Below, one piece after another: positions 1 through 8,897 of a stretch of DNA of 64,000 nucleotides. The notes beneath the pieces are model-generated. The model saw only the letters and a list, made by a program, of their open reading frames with translations. It searched no databases and was not told the origin of the DNA. A program made the translations under genes and the position numbers. Numbering within the stretch: position 1 is the stretch's first letter; every line of letters begins with the position of its first letter. Source of the stretch: Escherichia coli. Lineage in GTDB: Bacteria; Pseudomonadota; Gammaproteobacteria; Enterobacterales; Enterobacteriaceae. Location of the stretch: the NCBI RefSeq assembly GCF_024223415.1, contig NZ_CP100502.1. One strand, 5' to 3'.

Positions 1-31
1 CCCGACGTTTCCCCGTGGAGTGAACACTGAT

Positions 32-811
32 ATGCAGCACCTGCCGGCACCGATCCACCATGCCCGGGATGCCGCTCAGCTTCCTGTTGCCATCGATTAT
101 CCGGCAGCGCTGGCACTCCGCCAGATGTCGATGGTTCATGATGAACTGCCCAAATACCTGCTGGCCCCTGAAGTGAGCGCCCTGCTCCATTACGTCCCGG
201 ATCTGCGCCGCAAGATGCTGCTGGCCACACTGTGGAACACCGGTGCGCGCATTAATGAAGCACTGGCGCTGACGCGGGGGGATTTTTCGCTCACGCCTCC
301 GTATCCGTTTGTGCAGCTTGCGACCCTGAAACAACGGACCGAAAAAGCCGCCAGGACGGCAGGAAGAACGCCCGCCGGGCAGCAGACTCACCGGCTGGTT
401 CCGCTCTCCGACTCCTGGTACGTCAGCCAGCTGCAGACGATGGTGGCCACACTGAAAATCCCCATGGAACGGCGTAATAAACGAACAGGCAGGACAGAGA
501 AAGCGCGGATCTGGGAAGTGACGGACAGAACGGTCAGGACCTGGATTGGGGAGGCGGTTGCCGCCGCTGCCGCTGATGGAGTGACGTTCTCTGTCCCGGT
601 CACGCCACATACGTTCCGCCATTCCTATGCGATGCATATGCTGTATGCCGGTATACCGCTGAAGGTCCTGCAGAGTCTGATGGGGCATAAGTCCATCAGC
701 TCAACGGAGGTCTACACGAAGGTGTTTGCACTGGATGTGGCTGCACGGCACCGGGTGCAGTTTTCGATGCCTGAGTCCGATGCGGTGTCTATGCTCAAAA
801 GAATTCCATAA
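32..811 (+). CDS. Tyrosine site-specific recombinase, plasmid multimer resolvase (ResD-like)
   Basis: seq: track ORF 20..811 (GTG at 20, ATG at 32; no in-frame stop upstream, so the 5' end may lie outside the window). C-terminal 'TPHTFRHSYAMHMLYAGIPLKVLQSLMGHKSISSTEVYTKV' carries the HxxR...H...Y catalytic signature of tyrosine recombinases. known: ResD-type resolvases sit beside plasmid partition loci. Confidence 0.75.
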   Translation: MQHLPAPIHHARDAAQLPVAIDYPAALALRQMSMVHDELPKYLLAPEVSALLHYVPDLRRKMLLATLWNTGARINEALALTRGDFSLTPPYPFVQLATLKQRTEKAARTAGRTPAGQQTHRLVPLSDSWYVSQLQTMVATLKIPMERRNKRTGRTEKARIWEVTDRTVRTWIGEAVAAAAADGVTFSVPVTPHTFRHSYAMHMLYAGIPLKVLQSLMGHKSISSTEVYTKVFALDVAARHRVQFSMPESDAVSMLKRIP

Positions 812-829
812 GCTCTGACTTTTTTAAAT

Positions 830-990
830 CCCTTTCGGATATCTCATGGATATATTATCGGTATTTCATATTCTGTTGACATGCAGGACCGGTATAGAGT
901 AAAAAAACATCTATTGAGTACCTCTTGGATATCCGAAAGGTGTCTTATGGGGTCTTTATGGGTATTACATGTGGATTCTGGAGATACACT
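830..990. promoter_or_regulatory. Short GGATAT/ATATCC-type repeat cluster upstream of parA (candidate centromere/operator); similar motifs recur at 1636..1721 and 2031..2110
   Basis: seq: repeated 'ggatat', 'gggtatc', 'ggtatcc' motifs flank the parA-parB pair. infer: partition-site or autoregulatory operator. Confidence 0.3.
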
Positions 991-1635
991 ATGCCTGTTA
1001 TTGCTAATACGCATCCCAAAGGTGGTGTGGGTAAGACAACTTCATCCGTAAACATTGTTGGTGAAATGAAGTCTGATACAGTTGATCTGGATACTCATAC
1101 CGGGCTTTCTATCATTCTGGGGCTGAGACCTGAAGGAAAAGAAATTTCCGTGAAAGTACCCAAAACAGTGGATGAGTTAATCGAAATTATGACTCCCTAC
1201 AAGAACAGCGATAAGACGTTACTTATTGACTGTGGGGGATTTGACTCAGATCTTACCCGTACTGCGATTGCCTTTGCAGACTGCGTTATTGTTCCTTCAA
1301 AAGACTCCCTGACTGAACGTATTGGTTTGATGCATTTTGATGGAGTACTGGACGAAATCAGCTCTATCATGGGGACCGATATAACTGCTCACCTGTATCT
1401 CTGTAAAGTTAATCCTAACAAGAAGAAATTCCCTAAGCTTGATGCAATCCTGCCATCGTTCAAACATCTGAAGCTGATGAAGAGCCGCATTTCTGCTCGT
1501 GCAGAATTTGAGGATGTCATTGAGACTGGGATGGGAATCACTGAGTCTGTTCATGGGCGCTATTCGGCAGGAGGTAAGGAAGTTATTGCCCTGATCGAAG
1601 AAATCAATCATCTGATTGAAAATAACAAACAGTAA
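991..1635 (+). CDS. parA: ParA-family partition ATPase
   Basis: seq: deviant Walker A 'KGGVGKTT' right after the start 'MPVIANTHPKGGVGKTTSS'; GGAG RBS 9 nt upstream of ATG 991 (track ORF starts at 925). Confidence 0.8.
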   Translation: MPVIANTHPKGGVGKTTSSVNIVGEMKSDTVDLDTHTGLSIILGLRPEGKEISVKVPKTVDELIEIMTPYKNSDKTLLIDCGGFDSDLTRTAIAFADCVIVPSKDSLTERIGLMHFDGVLDEISSIMGTDITAHLYLCKVNPNKKKFPKLDAILPSFKHLKLMKSRISARAEFEDVIETGMGITESVHGRYSAGGKEVIALIEEINHLIENNKQ

Positions 1636-1721
1636 GGTGTGTCTATTGGGTATCCATATAGTATCCTTTGGGCTTTTAATGGATATCTTTTAAGTATCTA
1701 ACAAACATCCTGGGTTATCTC

Positions 1722-2030
1722 ATGAGCAAAGCGAAATTTAGTGCACAGGCTGAAAAACTGAAAAACCTGGTGGATTCTGCCAGATTACAAACTTCTTCTT
1801 CTGCCGTAACAGCAACAGCCCCGTCTCAGCCAAATGAAGGTGCAGAGGAAGTTTCAGGTCGTCCCGTGGCTGCCAGGACGAAGGCTAAGAATCTTAAGGC
1901 CATACCGCTGTCGTATTTTGAAGCTCATGCGGAACTTAAAGCGACCAGTAAAACATCTCTGGATTTTAGCTCATATATTATTGAGGCTATAAGAGAGAAG
2001 CTTGAACGTGATGGTGCAATAGGTCAATAA
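1722..2030 (+). CDS. Small partition/DNA-binding partner of ParA (ParB/ParG-like)
   Basis: seq: 102-aa ORF immediately downstream of parA, flanked by the GGATA-type repeats. infer: by position only. Confidence 0.4.
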   Translation: MSKAKFSAQAEKLKNLVDSARLQTSSSAVTATAPSQPNEGAEEVSGRPVAARTKAKNLKAIPLSYFEAHAELKATSKTSLDFSSYIIEAIREKLERDGAIGQ

Positions 2031-2443
2031 ACTATCGGATACCTTAAGGGTATCTGATGTGTGTCTTTTAAATGCGTTATGGGGATTCTTCACGTACCTA
2101 AAGAGTCCCCATTAGACATCTTTCTGTTTATGGTGACATGATTCGTCACCGCTTTCCTTTCCTCTCAGTTTCACCATTTCATTCCTTTTCCCTTAACCTG
2201 AACCATGATGTCCACGATGTTTTTATATTGCATTTATGTATCACATATAACCTTCATAATGTTTTTGTATCTATGATTTCCTCTGGTCTTAAAGTTGTGT
2301 GTACAATGTACATGCAATTTATCGTGTTTTTATGTTACATTTGTCCTTTCAAAAAGACCGTTTTTTCATTATAATTGAATATACATTGCATGTATGAAGC
2401 ATGTTTGTTTTTTCTATTTGTTTATGAGCAACGGAGACTGGTT

Positions 2444-3424
2444 ATGAAAATCTTTATTGATGATGGTTCTACCAACATTAAACTTGCCTGGTTGGAGGAT
2501 GGTGACGTGAAAACGTTAATCAGCCCTAACAGCTTTAAACCGGAATGGTCTTTTAGTTTACTGGATGATGCTGCTCCGGCTAATTACGAGATCGACGGCG
2601 AGAAGTTTTCATTTGATCCATTAAGTGCTGATGCTGTCGTAACGACTGAAACACGCTATCAGTACAGTGATGTGAATGTTGTGGCCATTCAGCATGCGCT
2701 ACAGCAGACCGGCCTGAAAGCGCAGCCTGTTGATGTCATCGTCACATTGCCGATCTCTGAATACCTTGACGCCAACAATCAGAAAAATAAGCAAAACATT
2801 GAAAGAAAGAAAAAAAATGTGATGCGTGAAGTACGGGTGCAGGGGAGTGATGCATTTGTTATTCGCAGTGTTTCCGTTCTTCCTGAAAGTATTCCCGCTG
2901 GTTTCAGTGTTCTTGCGGGGCTTGAGGATGATGAATCCCTTTTGATCGTAGATCTCGGTGGTACAACTCTTGATGTGTCGCATGTTCGTAGCAAAATGAC
3001 AGGGATTACAAAAACCTGGTGTGATCCGAATATCGGCGTGTCCCTGATTACATCCGGGGTTAAGGAACAGATGGCTGTACATGCTAATACAAGAGTGAGC
3101 TCATTCCAGGCTGACAATATCATTGTGCACCGTAATGAACCTGACTACCTTTCCCGTCGCATTTATAATGCTGAACAGCGTGAGTCTATCATTAATGTTA
3201 TCAATGAACGGCAGAAGTTGCTTATTAAACGAGTTAATGATGTCATCAGCCGTTTCACCGACTATACACATGTAATGTGTGTTGGTGGTGGGGCTGAAAT
3301 TGTGGCCGAGGCTGTGAAGAACCTGACTAAGGTTCCTGATGAGCGCTTTTATCTGAGCTCATCCCCGCAGTTTGATTTAGTCATGGGAATGATAAAAATG
3401 AAAGGTGGTGTGACTAATGAGTGA
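2444..3424 (+). CDS. parM: ParM/StbA actin-like partition ATPase
   Basis: seq: N-terminus 'MKIFIDDGSTNIKLAW' matches the ParM/StbA phosphate-1 motif; GGAG RBS before ATG 2444 (track ORF from 2375); AT-rich region 2140..2440 upstream. Confidence 0.8.
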   Translation: MKIFIDDGSTNIKLAWLEDGDVKTLISPNSFKPEWSFSLLDDAAPANYEIDGEKFSFDPLSADAVVTTETRYQYSDVNVVAIQHALQQTGLKAQPVDVIVTLPISEYLDANNQKNKQNIERKKKNVMREVRVQGSDAFVIRSVSVLPESIPAGFSVLAGLEDDESLLIVDLGGTTLDVSHVRSKMTGITKTWCDPNIGVSLITSGVKEQMAVHANTRVSSFQADNIIVHRNEPDYLSRRIYNAEQRESIINVINERQKLLIKRVNDVISRFTDYTHVMCVGGGAEIVAEAVKNLTKVPDERFYLSSSPQFDLVMGMIKMKGGVTNE

Positions 3425-3833
3425 TGAAAATAAATCCAGACGCTGCTCATTTGAACTTTTCCCGGATGAACGGACAGGAGATAAGATAGCAGATGAGCTC
3501 ATTGCAAATGAAAAACTGAAGGAGCGGGGACGTTTCATGCGCGCGATGTTAGTTACTGGTGCGGCGTTTGCAGCTATAGATAAACGTCTTCCTTTGCTGA
3601 TATCGGAGTTACTGACAGAAAATACGACTCTGGATGATATTAATAAGGTGATTTCCAGCGTAATACCAGGTGCTTTTTCGGTTGAAAAGAAATTGCTTGA
3701 ATTACTGGAAAAACAATCTGGTCTCCATACGTCTGTGGATTGCAGTACTCCTCTTACAGAGCAGAGTCTGTCGAGAAATGACGGTGAAGACCAGACCAGA
3801 AGAAACGCTGAAAATATGTTCGGAGATGACTGA
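3417..3833 (+). CDS. ParR/StbB-like centromere-binding adaptor
   Basis: seq: 138-aa ORF whose start overlaps the parM stop (translational coupling). infer: by position. Confidence 0.45.
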   Translation: MSDENKSRRCSFELFPDERTGDKIADELIANEKLKERGRFMRAMLVTGAAFAAIDKRLPLLISELLTENTTLDDINKVISSVIPGAFSVEKKLLELLEKQSGLHTSVDCSTPLTEQSLSRNDGEDQTRRNAENMFGDD

Positions 3834-3834
3834 A

Positions 3835-5109
3835 CTAACCCAGCCTGGCCAGGGGAATATCTCGCCATTTAGTTGTATAACACTGACTCAACATTTCCCG
3901 TTTCATTTGCCATTCAGGGGCGGTTCCTCGCCCCGCAAACCACACTTTCCCTTTTCCCGACTGGTTCAGTTCATCGAGTGTTTTCATTAACTTTTCACTG
4001 TTTTTACGGGGCTGGATTTCATCAAATAATCCCGGCTGCGCTATACCCGATGGTGTGAAATCAGCCAGCATGACACCTGCCTTCATATAGCGGTACCCTT
4101 CACGCCAGACATGGTTTAAGGCTCTGCATGCGGCGGCAATAATGTCCCGGCTGTCCTGTGTGGGCAATGGAAGCTTTTCCACAGCGGCATTGCTGTAACA
4201 GGGTTCTTTTACTGCAAAGGGTGATGTCCGTACAAATGTCGTCACCTGCCGGCAATACTGACGCTCCCCACGTAGTTTCTCTGCGGCCCGCTCTGCATAC
4301 TGAACAACAGCCTGGTGCATGGCATCTTTGTCTGTGATTCGTTCACCAAAACTGCGACTACAGACAATCTGCTGTTTTGCCGGTGGTGCTTCTTCCAGGG
4401 ATATGCAGGACTCGCCGTTGAGTTCGCGTACCGTACGCTCAAGAATGACGCTGAAGTTTTTCCGGATGAATGCCGTGTTAGCCTGCGCCAGCTGCAGTGC
4501 TGTGTTAATACCCAGCGCATTCAGCTTTTCCGTCAGTCTGTGTCCTACTCCCCAGACCTCACCAACTGGCTGCAGCCCCAGTAGCTTCAAGATCCGATTA
4601 CGGTTTTCTGCCGTCAGCGCGACCACTCCGGAAAACTGTGGCCATTGCTTTGTTGCCCACTGTGCACTTTTAGCCAGCGTTTTTGTAGGCGCAATGCCCA
4701 CCCCCATGGTGAGTCCTGTCCAGCTCTTTACCTGTTTCCTGAGCTGATGACCAAAAAACTCCGGAGAGATGCAATGATTTATCCCCCGCAAATCAATGAA
4801 CATTTCATCAATTGAGTAGGGCTCAACTGCGGGAGAAAGCGACTCCAGAACAGCCATAACCCGTTGGCTCATGCTGTGGTACAGCGCATAATTGCTGGAA
4901 AATACATGTATTTTCTTCTCCAGGCGCATTTGTCTCACCTGAAACCAGGGCTGCCCCATTCTGATGCCAAGGGCTTTTGCCTCCGGGCTGCGCGCGATCA
5001 CACAGCCATCGTTATTGCTGAGTACGATGACCGGTTCGTTGCGAAGGTCCGGGCGGAAAACTTTTTCACATGAGGCGTAGAAACTGTTGATATCAGCCAG
5101 TGCAAACAT
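3835..5109 (-). CDS. impB: Error-prone translesion polymerase subunit (UmuC family)
   Basis: seq: 424 aa, N-terminus 'MFALADINSFYASCEKVFRPDLRNEPVIVLSNNDGCVIARSPEAKALGI' is the Y-family polymerase signature. known: impCAB is typical of IncI1 plasmids. Confidence 0.9.
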   Translation of the reverse strand: MFALADINSFYASCEKVFRPDLRNEPVIVLSNNDGCVIARSPEAKALGIRMGQPWFQVRQMRLEKKIHVFSSNYALYHSMSQRVMAVLESLSPAVEPYSIDEMFIDLRGINHCISPEFFGHQLRKQVKSWTGLTMGVGIAPTKTLAKSAQWATKQWPQFSGVVALTAENRNRILKLLGLQPVGEVWGVGHRLTEKLNALGINTALQLAQANTAFIRKNFSVILERTVRELNGESCISLEEAPPAKQQIVCSRSFGERITDKDAMHQAVVQYAERAAEKLRGERQYCRQVTTFVRTSPFAVKEPCYSNAAVEKLPLPTQDSRDIIAAACRALNHVWREGYRYMKAGVMLADFTPSGIAQPGLFDEIQPRKNSEKLMKTLDELNQSGKGKVWFAGRGTAPEWQMKREMLSQCYTTKWRDIPLARLG

Positions 5110-5546
5110 CAGCGTAACTCCCGCGTCCTGTGTATCACGTGAGTGACAACACCAAAAATACAGATGTTTTCCGGATACAGTGTGCGGAACTCCGGGCTGT
5201 CTGAAACCGGCTCCAGTGCCGGGCGTGGGCGCAACAGCAGTCGTTTGACGGTGAACTCACCGTCGATCTCAGCGATAACGATGTCCCCGTGTTGTGGTTT
5301 TTCGGCCCTGTCCACTACCAGCAGATCACCATTCTGCACGCCAGCCTGGTTCATCGATTCACCGCTGGCGCGCAGAAAGAAGGTGGCTGCAGGTCTGCTG
5401 ATGCAATAGCTGTTCAGATCCAGTTCCTGCTCAGCATAATCAGTGGCAGGCGAAGGAAAACCGGCCTGGCAACGATCGGCAAACAACGGTCGCACGTAAC
5501 TGTCATCGCCTGAAGGGTCAGCCGGACGGTGATAAACGGTACTCAT
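5109..5546 (-). CDS. impA: UmuD-like LexA-family self-cleaving protein
   Basis: seq: 145 aa with S24-peptidase-like region 'ASGESMNQAGVQNGDLLVVDRAE'; start overlaps the impB region. Confidence 0.85.
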   Translation of the reverse strand: MSTVYHRPADPSGDDSYVRPLFADRCQAGFPSPATDYAEQELDLNSYCISRPAATFFLRASGESMNQAGVQNGDLLVVDRAEKPQHGDIVIAEIDGEFTVKRLLLRPRPALEPVSDSPEFRTLYPENICIFGVVTHVIHRTRELR

Positions 5547-5791
5547 GCTGCAGGCAGCCAGCTGTCGTCCTGCCAGATTTCTTCCAGCAGAGACAGGATA
5601 CGTTCTTTATCCTTGTCGTTGCGGGCTCCTGTGACAGATACAGACGGGGCGCTGCCCTGGTCTATACGCAGCCAGATTTCCGGGTAGTGTGGTTTCAGAC
5701 GTTGTTCGATTTCATTCTGTAGCGCCTGAAGTGTGCCTGATTTGAGGTTTTTTGTGCTCTGGCGGTCGAAAAGAATTTCAATGCGGATCAT
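5543..5791 (-). CDS. impC: ImpC, small first gene of the impCAB operon
   Basis: seq: 82-aa ORF overlapping the impA start. known: size and order match impCAB. Confidence 0.7.
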   Translation of the reverse strand: MIRIEILFDRQSTKNLKSGTLQALQNEIEQRLKPHYPEIWLRIDQGSAPSVSVTGARNDKDKERILSLLEEIWQDDSWLPAA

Positions 5792-5812
5792 GTTCTCATC
5801 TCCCTTTTCTTT

Positions 5813-5832
5813 TGCTGTATGTATATACAGTA
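5813..5832. promoter_or_regulatory. LexA (SOS) box upstream of impC
   Basis: seq: 'tgCTGTatgtatatACAGta' fits CTGT-N8-ACAG about 25 to 40 nt upstream of the impC start. Confidence 0.6.
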
Positions 5833-5959
5833 TTCTAATAACTGAATCCGCACACAGTCAAATGTCATTGTTGTGACTAAAAAACGCTCAATTCTCTGAG
5901 TGTGTGGCTGTATGCCTGCTGTGGGCTGCTGTGTCCAGCTTATCCACAGCATTTTGTGC

Positions 5960-6160
5960 ACGGTTCTGTGGACAAAATACCTGGTTACCCAGGCCGTGCC
6001 GGCACGTTAACCGGGCTGCATCCGATGCAAGTGTGTCGCTGTCGCCGGCCTCCTCACCCGGTCACGTTTCGTCGTTCCTCCTCCACGCGCTGCGGCTTCG
6101 GGGCCGCACCTGCATTCGTATGCGGTCGCCCGGTAACAGGTGCGGCACGGCCTGATGGAG
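5960..6160. repeat. GC-rich structured region with loose similarity to the family-A ssi-like repeat
   Basis: seq: 'gcatccgatgcaagtgtgtcgctgtcgccggcctcctcacccggtcac' resembles the family-A core 'gggatgcaagggtacgcttcgccgctgcggtcacccggtc'; lies directly upstream of the + strand ORF at 6185. Confidence 0.3.
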
Positions 6161-6184
6161 GCCGCATGTGAGAGGAGAATTCCC

Positions 6185-7111
6185 ATGCCAAACTGGTGCT
6201 CGAATCGTATGTATTTTTCTGGTGAACCGGCACAGATCGCTGAGATTAAACGACTGGCCAGCGGTGCAGTTACACCGCTTTATCGCCGCGCCACAAATGA
6301 AGGTATTCAGCTGTTTCTGGCCGGAAGTGCCGGACTTCTGCAGATCACTGAAAATATCCGCTCTGAACAGTGCCCCGGAGTGACGGCTGCCGGACGTGGT
6401 GCTGTATCGACGGAAAATATCGCGTTCACCCGCTGGCTGACACACCTGCAGAACGGTGTACTGCTGGATGAGCAAAACTGCCTGATGCTGCATGAACTCT
6501 GGCTGCAGAGCGGTACTGGACAGCGTCGCTGGGAAGGATTACCGGATGATGTCAGGGAAACCATCACTGTGCATTTCACCGCAAAAAGAGGTGACTGGTG
6601 TGACATCTGGGGTAGCGAGGATGTATCGGTGTGGTGGAACCGTCTGTGTGACAACGTAGTGCCGGAAAAAACCATGCCGTTTGACCTGCTGACGGTTCTG
6701 CCGACCCGCCTGGATGTTGAAGTGAATGGCTTTAATGGTGGTGTTCTGAACGGTGTTCCTTCTGCATATCACTGGTATACAGAACGGTATGGCGTGAAGT
6801 GGCCTTGTGGGTATGACCTGAATATCAGTAGTCAGGGAGACAACTGCATTCAGGTGGATTTCGACACGCCGTGGTGTCAGCCGGAAAGCGACGTTGTTGC
6901 AGCATTAAGCCGCCGTTTCGGCTGCACGCTGGAGCACTGGTACGCCGAACAGGGCTGCAATTTCTGTGGCTGGCAGTTGTATGAGCGCGGAGAGCTCGTT
7001 GATGTGCTCTGGGGGGAACTGGAATGGTCTTCCCCGACAGATGACGATGAGCTGCCGGAAGTCACCGGACCTGCGTGGATAGTCGACAAGGTGGCGCATT
7101 ACGGGGGATGA
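6185..7111 (+). CDS. Hypothetical Cys/Trp-rich protein
   Basis: seq: GAGAGGAG RBS before ATG 6185 (track ORF from 6140); many Cys and Trp ('NWCSNRMYF', 'FGCTLEHWYAEQGCNFCGWQ'); no motif I can name. Confidence 0.5.
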   Translation: MPNWCSNRMYFSGEPAQIAEIKRLASGAVTPLYRRATNEGIQLFLAGSAGLLQITENIRSEQCPGVTAAGRGAVSTENIAFTRWLTHLQNGVLLDEQNCLMLHELWLQSGTGQRRWEGLPDDVRETITVHFTAKRGDWCDIWGSEDVSVWWNRLCDNVVPEKTMPFDLLTVLPTRLDVEVNGFNGGVLNGVPSAYHWYTERYGVKWPCGYDLNISSQGDNCIQVDFDTPWCQPESDVVAALSRRFGCTLEHWYAEQGCNFCGWQLYERGELVDVLWGELEWSSPTDDDELPEVTGPAWIVDKVAHYGG

Positions 7112-7123
7112 AGTATGACGGAG

Positions 7124-7150
7124 ACGGGCGGGCAACCGCCCGTTTCTTTT
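7124..7150 (+). terminator. Rho-independent terminator
   Basis: seq: stem 'acgggcgg'/'ccgcccgt' with loop 'gcaa', then 'ttctttt', 13 nt after the stop of the 6185..7111 ORF. Confidence 0.55.
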
Positions 7151-7490
7151 CCGACAAAGGATGTCGCCGTGCTCCTCTGTTTACTGCGCCGGCTGATGCG
7201 GCGCGGCATAAACGCTGCCTGTGGTCAGTGTCCCGCGTCCGGCGGGCACGGGACGGGCGCTTTTACCGCTCCCGGCTGGCGTCGGTGACAGTGTACGCCA
7301 GCCTGTCGCCCTTTTCTGATGAACGCCCTTCAAGCCGCTTTCGCGGCATATTCTCGCCGTCAAAAAGACGACGGCTGCGATATTCCACGGTCGGCCTGAC
7401 CCGTTACCGGACGCGGTGAACAGCCCACAGGCAGCGGGGAACGGGCACCACAGGGGTGCCCTCCCGGTGCCCTCTGAGAAAGAAGGAGTG
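7150..7490. repeat. GC-rich hairpin-rich non-coding region (possible diverged ssi-like element) upstream of the methyltransferase
   Basis: seq: 340 nt with several hairpins (e.g. 'gggcaccacaggggtgccc') and weak resemblance to family B ('cgctcccggctggcg'). Confidence 0.2.
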
Positions 7491-7495
7491 TTGTT

Positions 7496-8179
7496 ATGTC
7501 CCGTTTTGTCCTCGGTAACTGCATTGATGTTATGGCGCGTATTCCTGATAACGGCATTGATTTCATACTGACTGACCCGCCATACCTCGTCGGTTTTCGT
7601 GACCGACAGGGGCGTACCATCGCCGGCGATAAAACCGATGAATGGCTGCAACCAGCCTGTAATGAAATGTATCGCGTACTCAAAAAAGATGCGCTGATGG
7701 TCAGCTTCTACGGCTGGAACCGCGTCGATCGCTTTATGGCCGCCTGGAAAAATGCGGGATTCAGTGTGGTTGGGCACCTGGTCTTCACCAAAAACTACAC
7801 ATCGAAGGCCGCATATGTGGGTTATCGCCACGAATGCGCCTACGTTCTGGCAAAAGGCCGTCCGGCGCTGCCTCAGAAGCCATTACCCGACGTGCTGGGC
7901 TGGAAATATTCAGGCAATCGTCATCACCCGACGGAAAAGCCTGTTACCAGCCTGCAACCACTGATTGAGAGCTTCACACATCCGAACGCGATTGTGCTGG
8001 ACCCGTTTGCAGGCAGCGGCTCAACCTGCGTGGCTGCCCTTCAGTCCGGACGCCGGTATATCGGTATCGAGCTGCTTGAGCAGTATCACCGTGCCGGACA
8101 GCAACGTCTGGCTGCCGTACAGCGGGCCATGCAGCAGGGGGCCGCAAATGATGACTGGTTTATGCCGGAGGCTGCGTAA
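7496..8179 (+). CDS. Orphan DNA adenine (N6) methyltransferase
   Basis: seq: 227 aa with 'FILTDPPY' (motif IV, DPPY) and 'DPFAGSGST' (AdoMet-binding motif I); GAAGGAG RBS. known: orphan MTases are common in plasmid leading regions. Confidence 0.85.
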   Translation: MSRFVLGNCIDVMARIPDNGIDFILTDPPYLVGFRDRQGRTIAGDKTDEWLQPACNEMYRVLKKDALMVSFYGWNRVDRFMAAWKNAGFSVVGHLVFTKNYTSKAAYVGYRHECAYVLAKGRPALPQKPLPDVLGWKYSGNRHHPTEKPVTSLQPLIESFTHPNAIVLDPFAGSGSTCVAALQSGRRYIGIELLEQYHRAGQQRLAAVQRAMQQGAANDDWFMPEAA

Positions 8180-8401
8180 ATGAACTATGCCGGACATGAA
8201 AAACTTCGCGCCGAAGTGGCGGAGGTGGCCAATGCCATGTGCGACCTGCGTACAACCATGAATGAGATGGAGCGGCGGTACAGCTTTAATGCTGACACCC
8301 TGCCGGAACGTCTGGTGCGTCAGACGTTGTTTCGCGCAAACCGCCTCCTGATGGAGGCATATACCGAAATTCTGGAACTGGATTCCTGCTTCAAAGATTG
8401 A
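8180..8401 (+). CDS. Hypothetical small protein
   Basis: seq: 73-aa ORF whose ATG directly follows the methyltransferase stop codon. Confidence 0.4.
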   Translation: MNYAGHEKLRAEVAEVANAMCDLRTTMNEMERRYSFNADTLPERLVRQTLFRANRLLMEAYTEILELDSCFKD

Positions 8402-8412
8402 GGGGAGAGAGT

Positions 8413-8847
8413 ATGTACGGAACATGCGAAATACTCTGCCGGGAGCTGGCAGCAAAGTATCCGGCAGACACGCCACTGATGCTGGTTGTCTGGTCCCCTG
8501 AAGAGATTCAGGCCCTCGCTGACGGAATGGATATTTCCCTGTCCGATCATGAAATCAGGACCGTCCTGGCGCGCCTGGAGGACATCCCGGAAGACCAGCG
8601 GATTGAGTCCGGTATTTCTTCCGGCGTGGCGATGGAGATTATCAGCAACGTGAGAGAAAACCGCCAGGTGACCGTCCCTGCTGAACTGCTGGCGTCCCTG
8701 ATTCAGACCGCTGAACAGGCACTGTGGAAACGTGAATGGGCCGCCCGTGATAACGGCCTTGCCGTCCCGGAATGTGTTACCCGCCGTCAGGCAGTGATTA
8801 ATCAGGCCCGCACCCTGCTGAAAAACAACACACACGAAAACAACTGA
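8413..8847 (+). CDS. Hypothetical protein, paralog of the 10558..10980 ORF
   Basis: seq: GAGGGGAGAGAG RBS before ATG 8413; 'MYGTCEIL...[14 protein letters not shown]...[17 protein letters not shown]' aligns with 'MYCTVKEI...SDDELETVMQRLDD...RHVTVPAMMLEKVMALA'. Confidence 0.5.
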   Translation: MYGTCEILCRELAAKYPADTPLMLVVWSPEEIQALADGMDISLSDHEIRTVLARLEDIPEDQRIESGISSGVAMEIISNVRENRQVTVPAELLASLIQTAEQALWKREWAARDNGLAVPECVTRRQAVINQARTLLKNNTHENN

Positions 8848-8897
8848 TGTTATCGCCGCCTGCCCTGCGGGCGGCGATACAGGGAGAACGCTTAATC

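Noticed and set aside
388-603. Numerous antisense or internal track ORFs within well-supported genes (e.g. 388..603, 1297..1611, 2699..3123, 4242..4747, 12085..12453, 26490..26778, 38679..40740, 47935..50991)
   Set aside because: They overlap confidently assigned genes on the opposite strand or in other frames and lack RBSs and recognisable motifs; treated as shadow ORFs.
2138-2374. 78-aa ORF in the AT-rich region upstream of parM
   Set aside because: Extremely AT-rich, low-complexity translation, no RBS; far more likely the parM promoter/centromere region.
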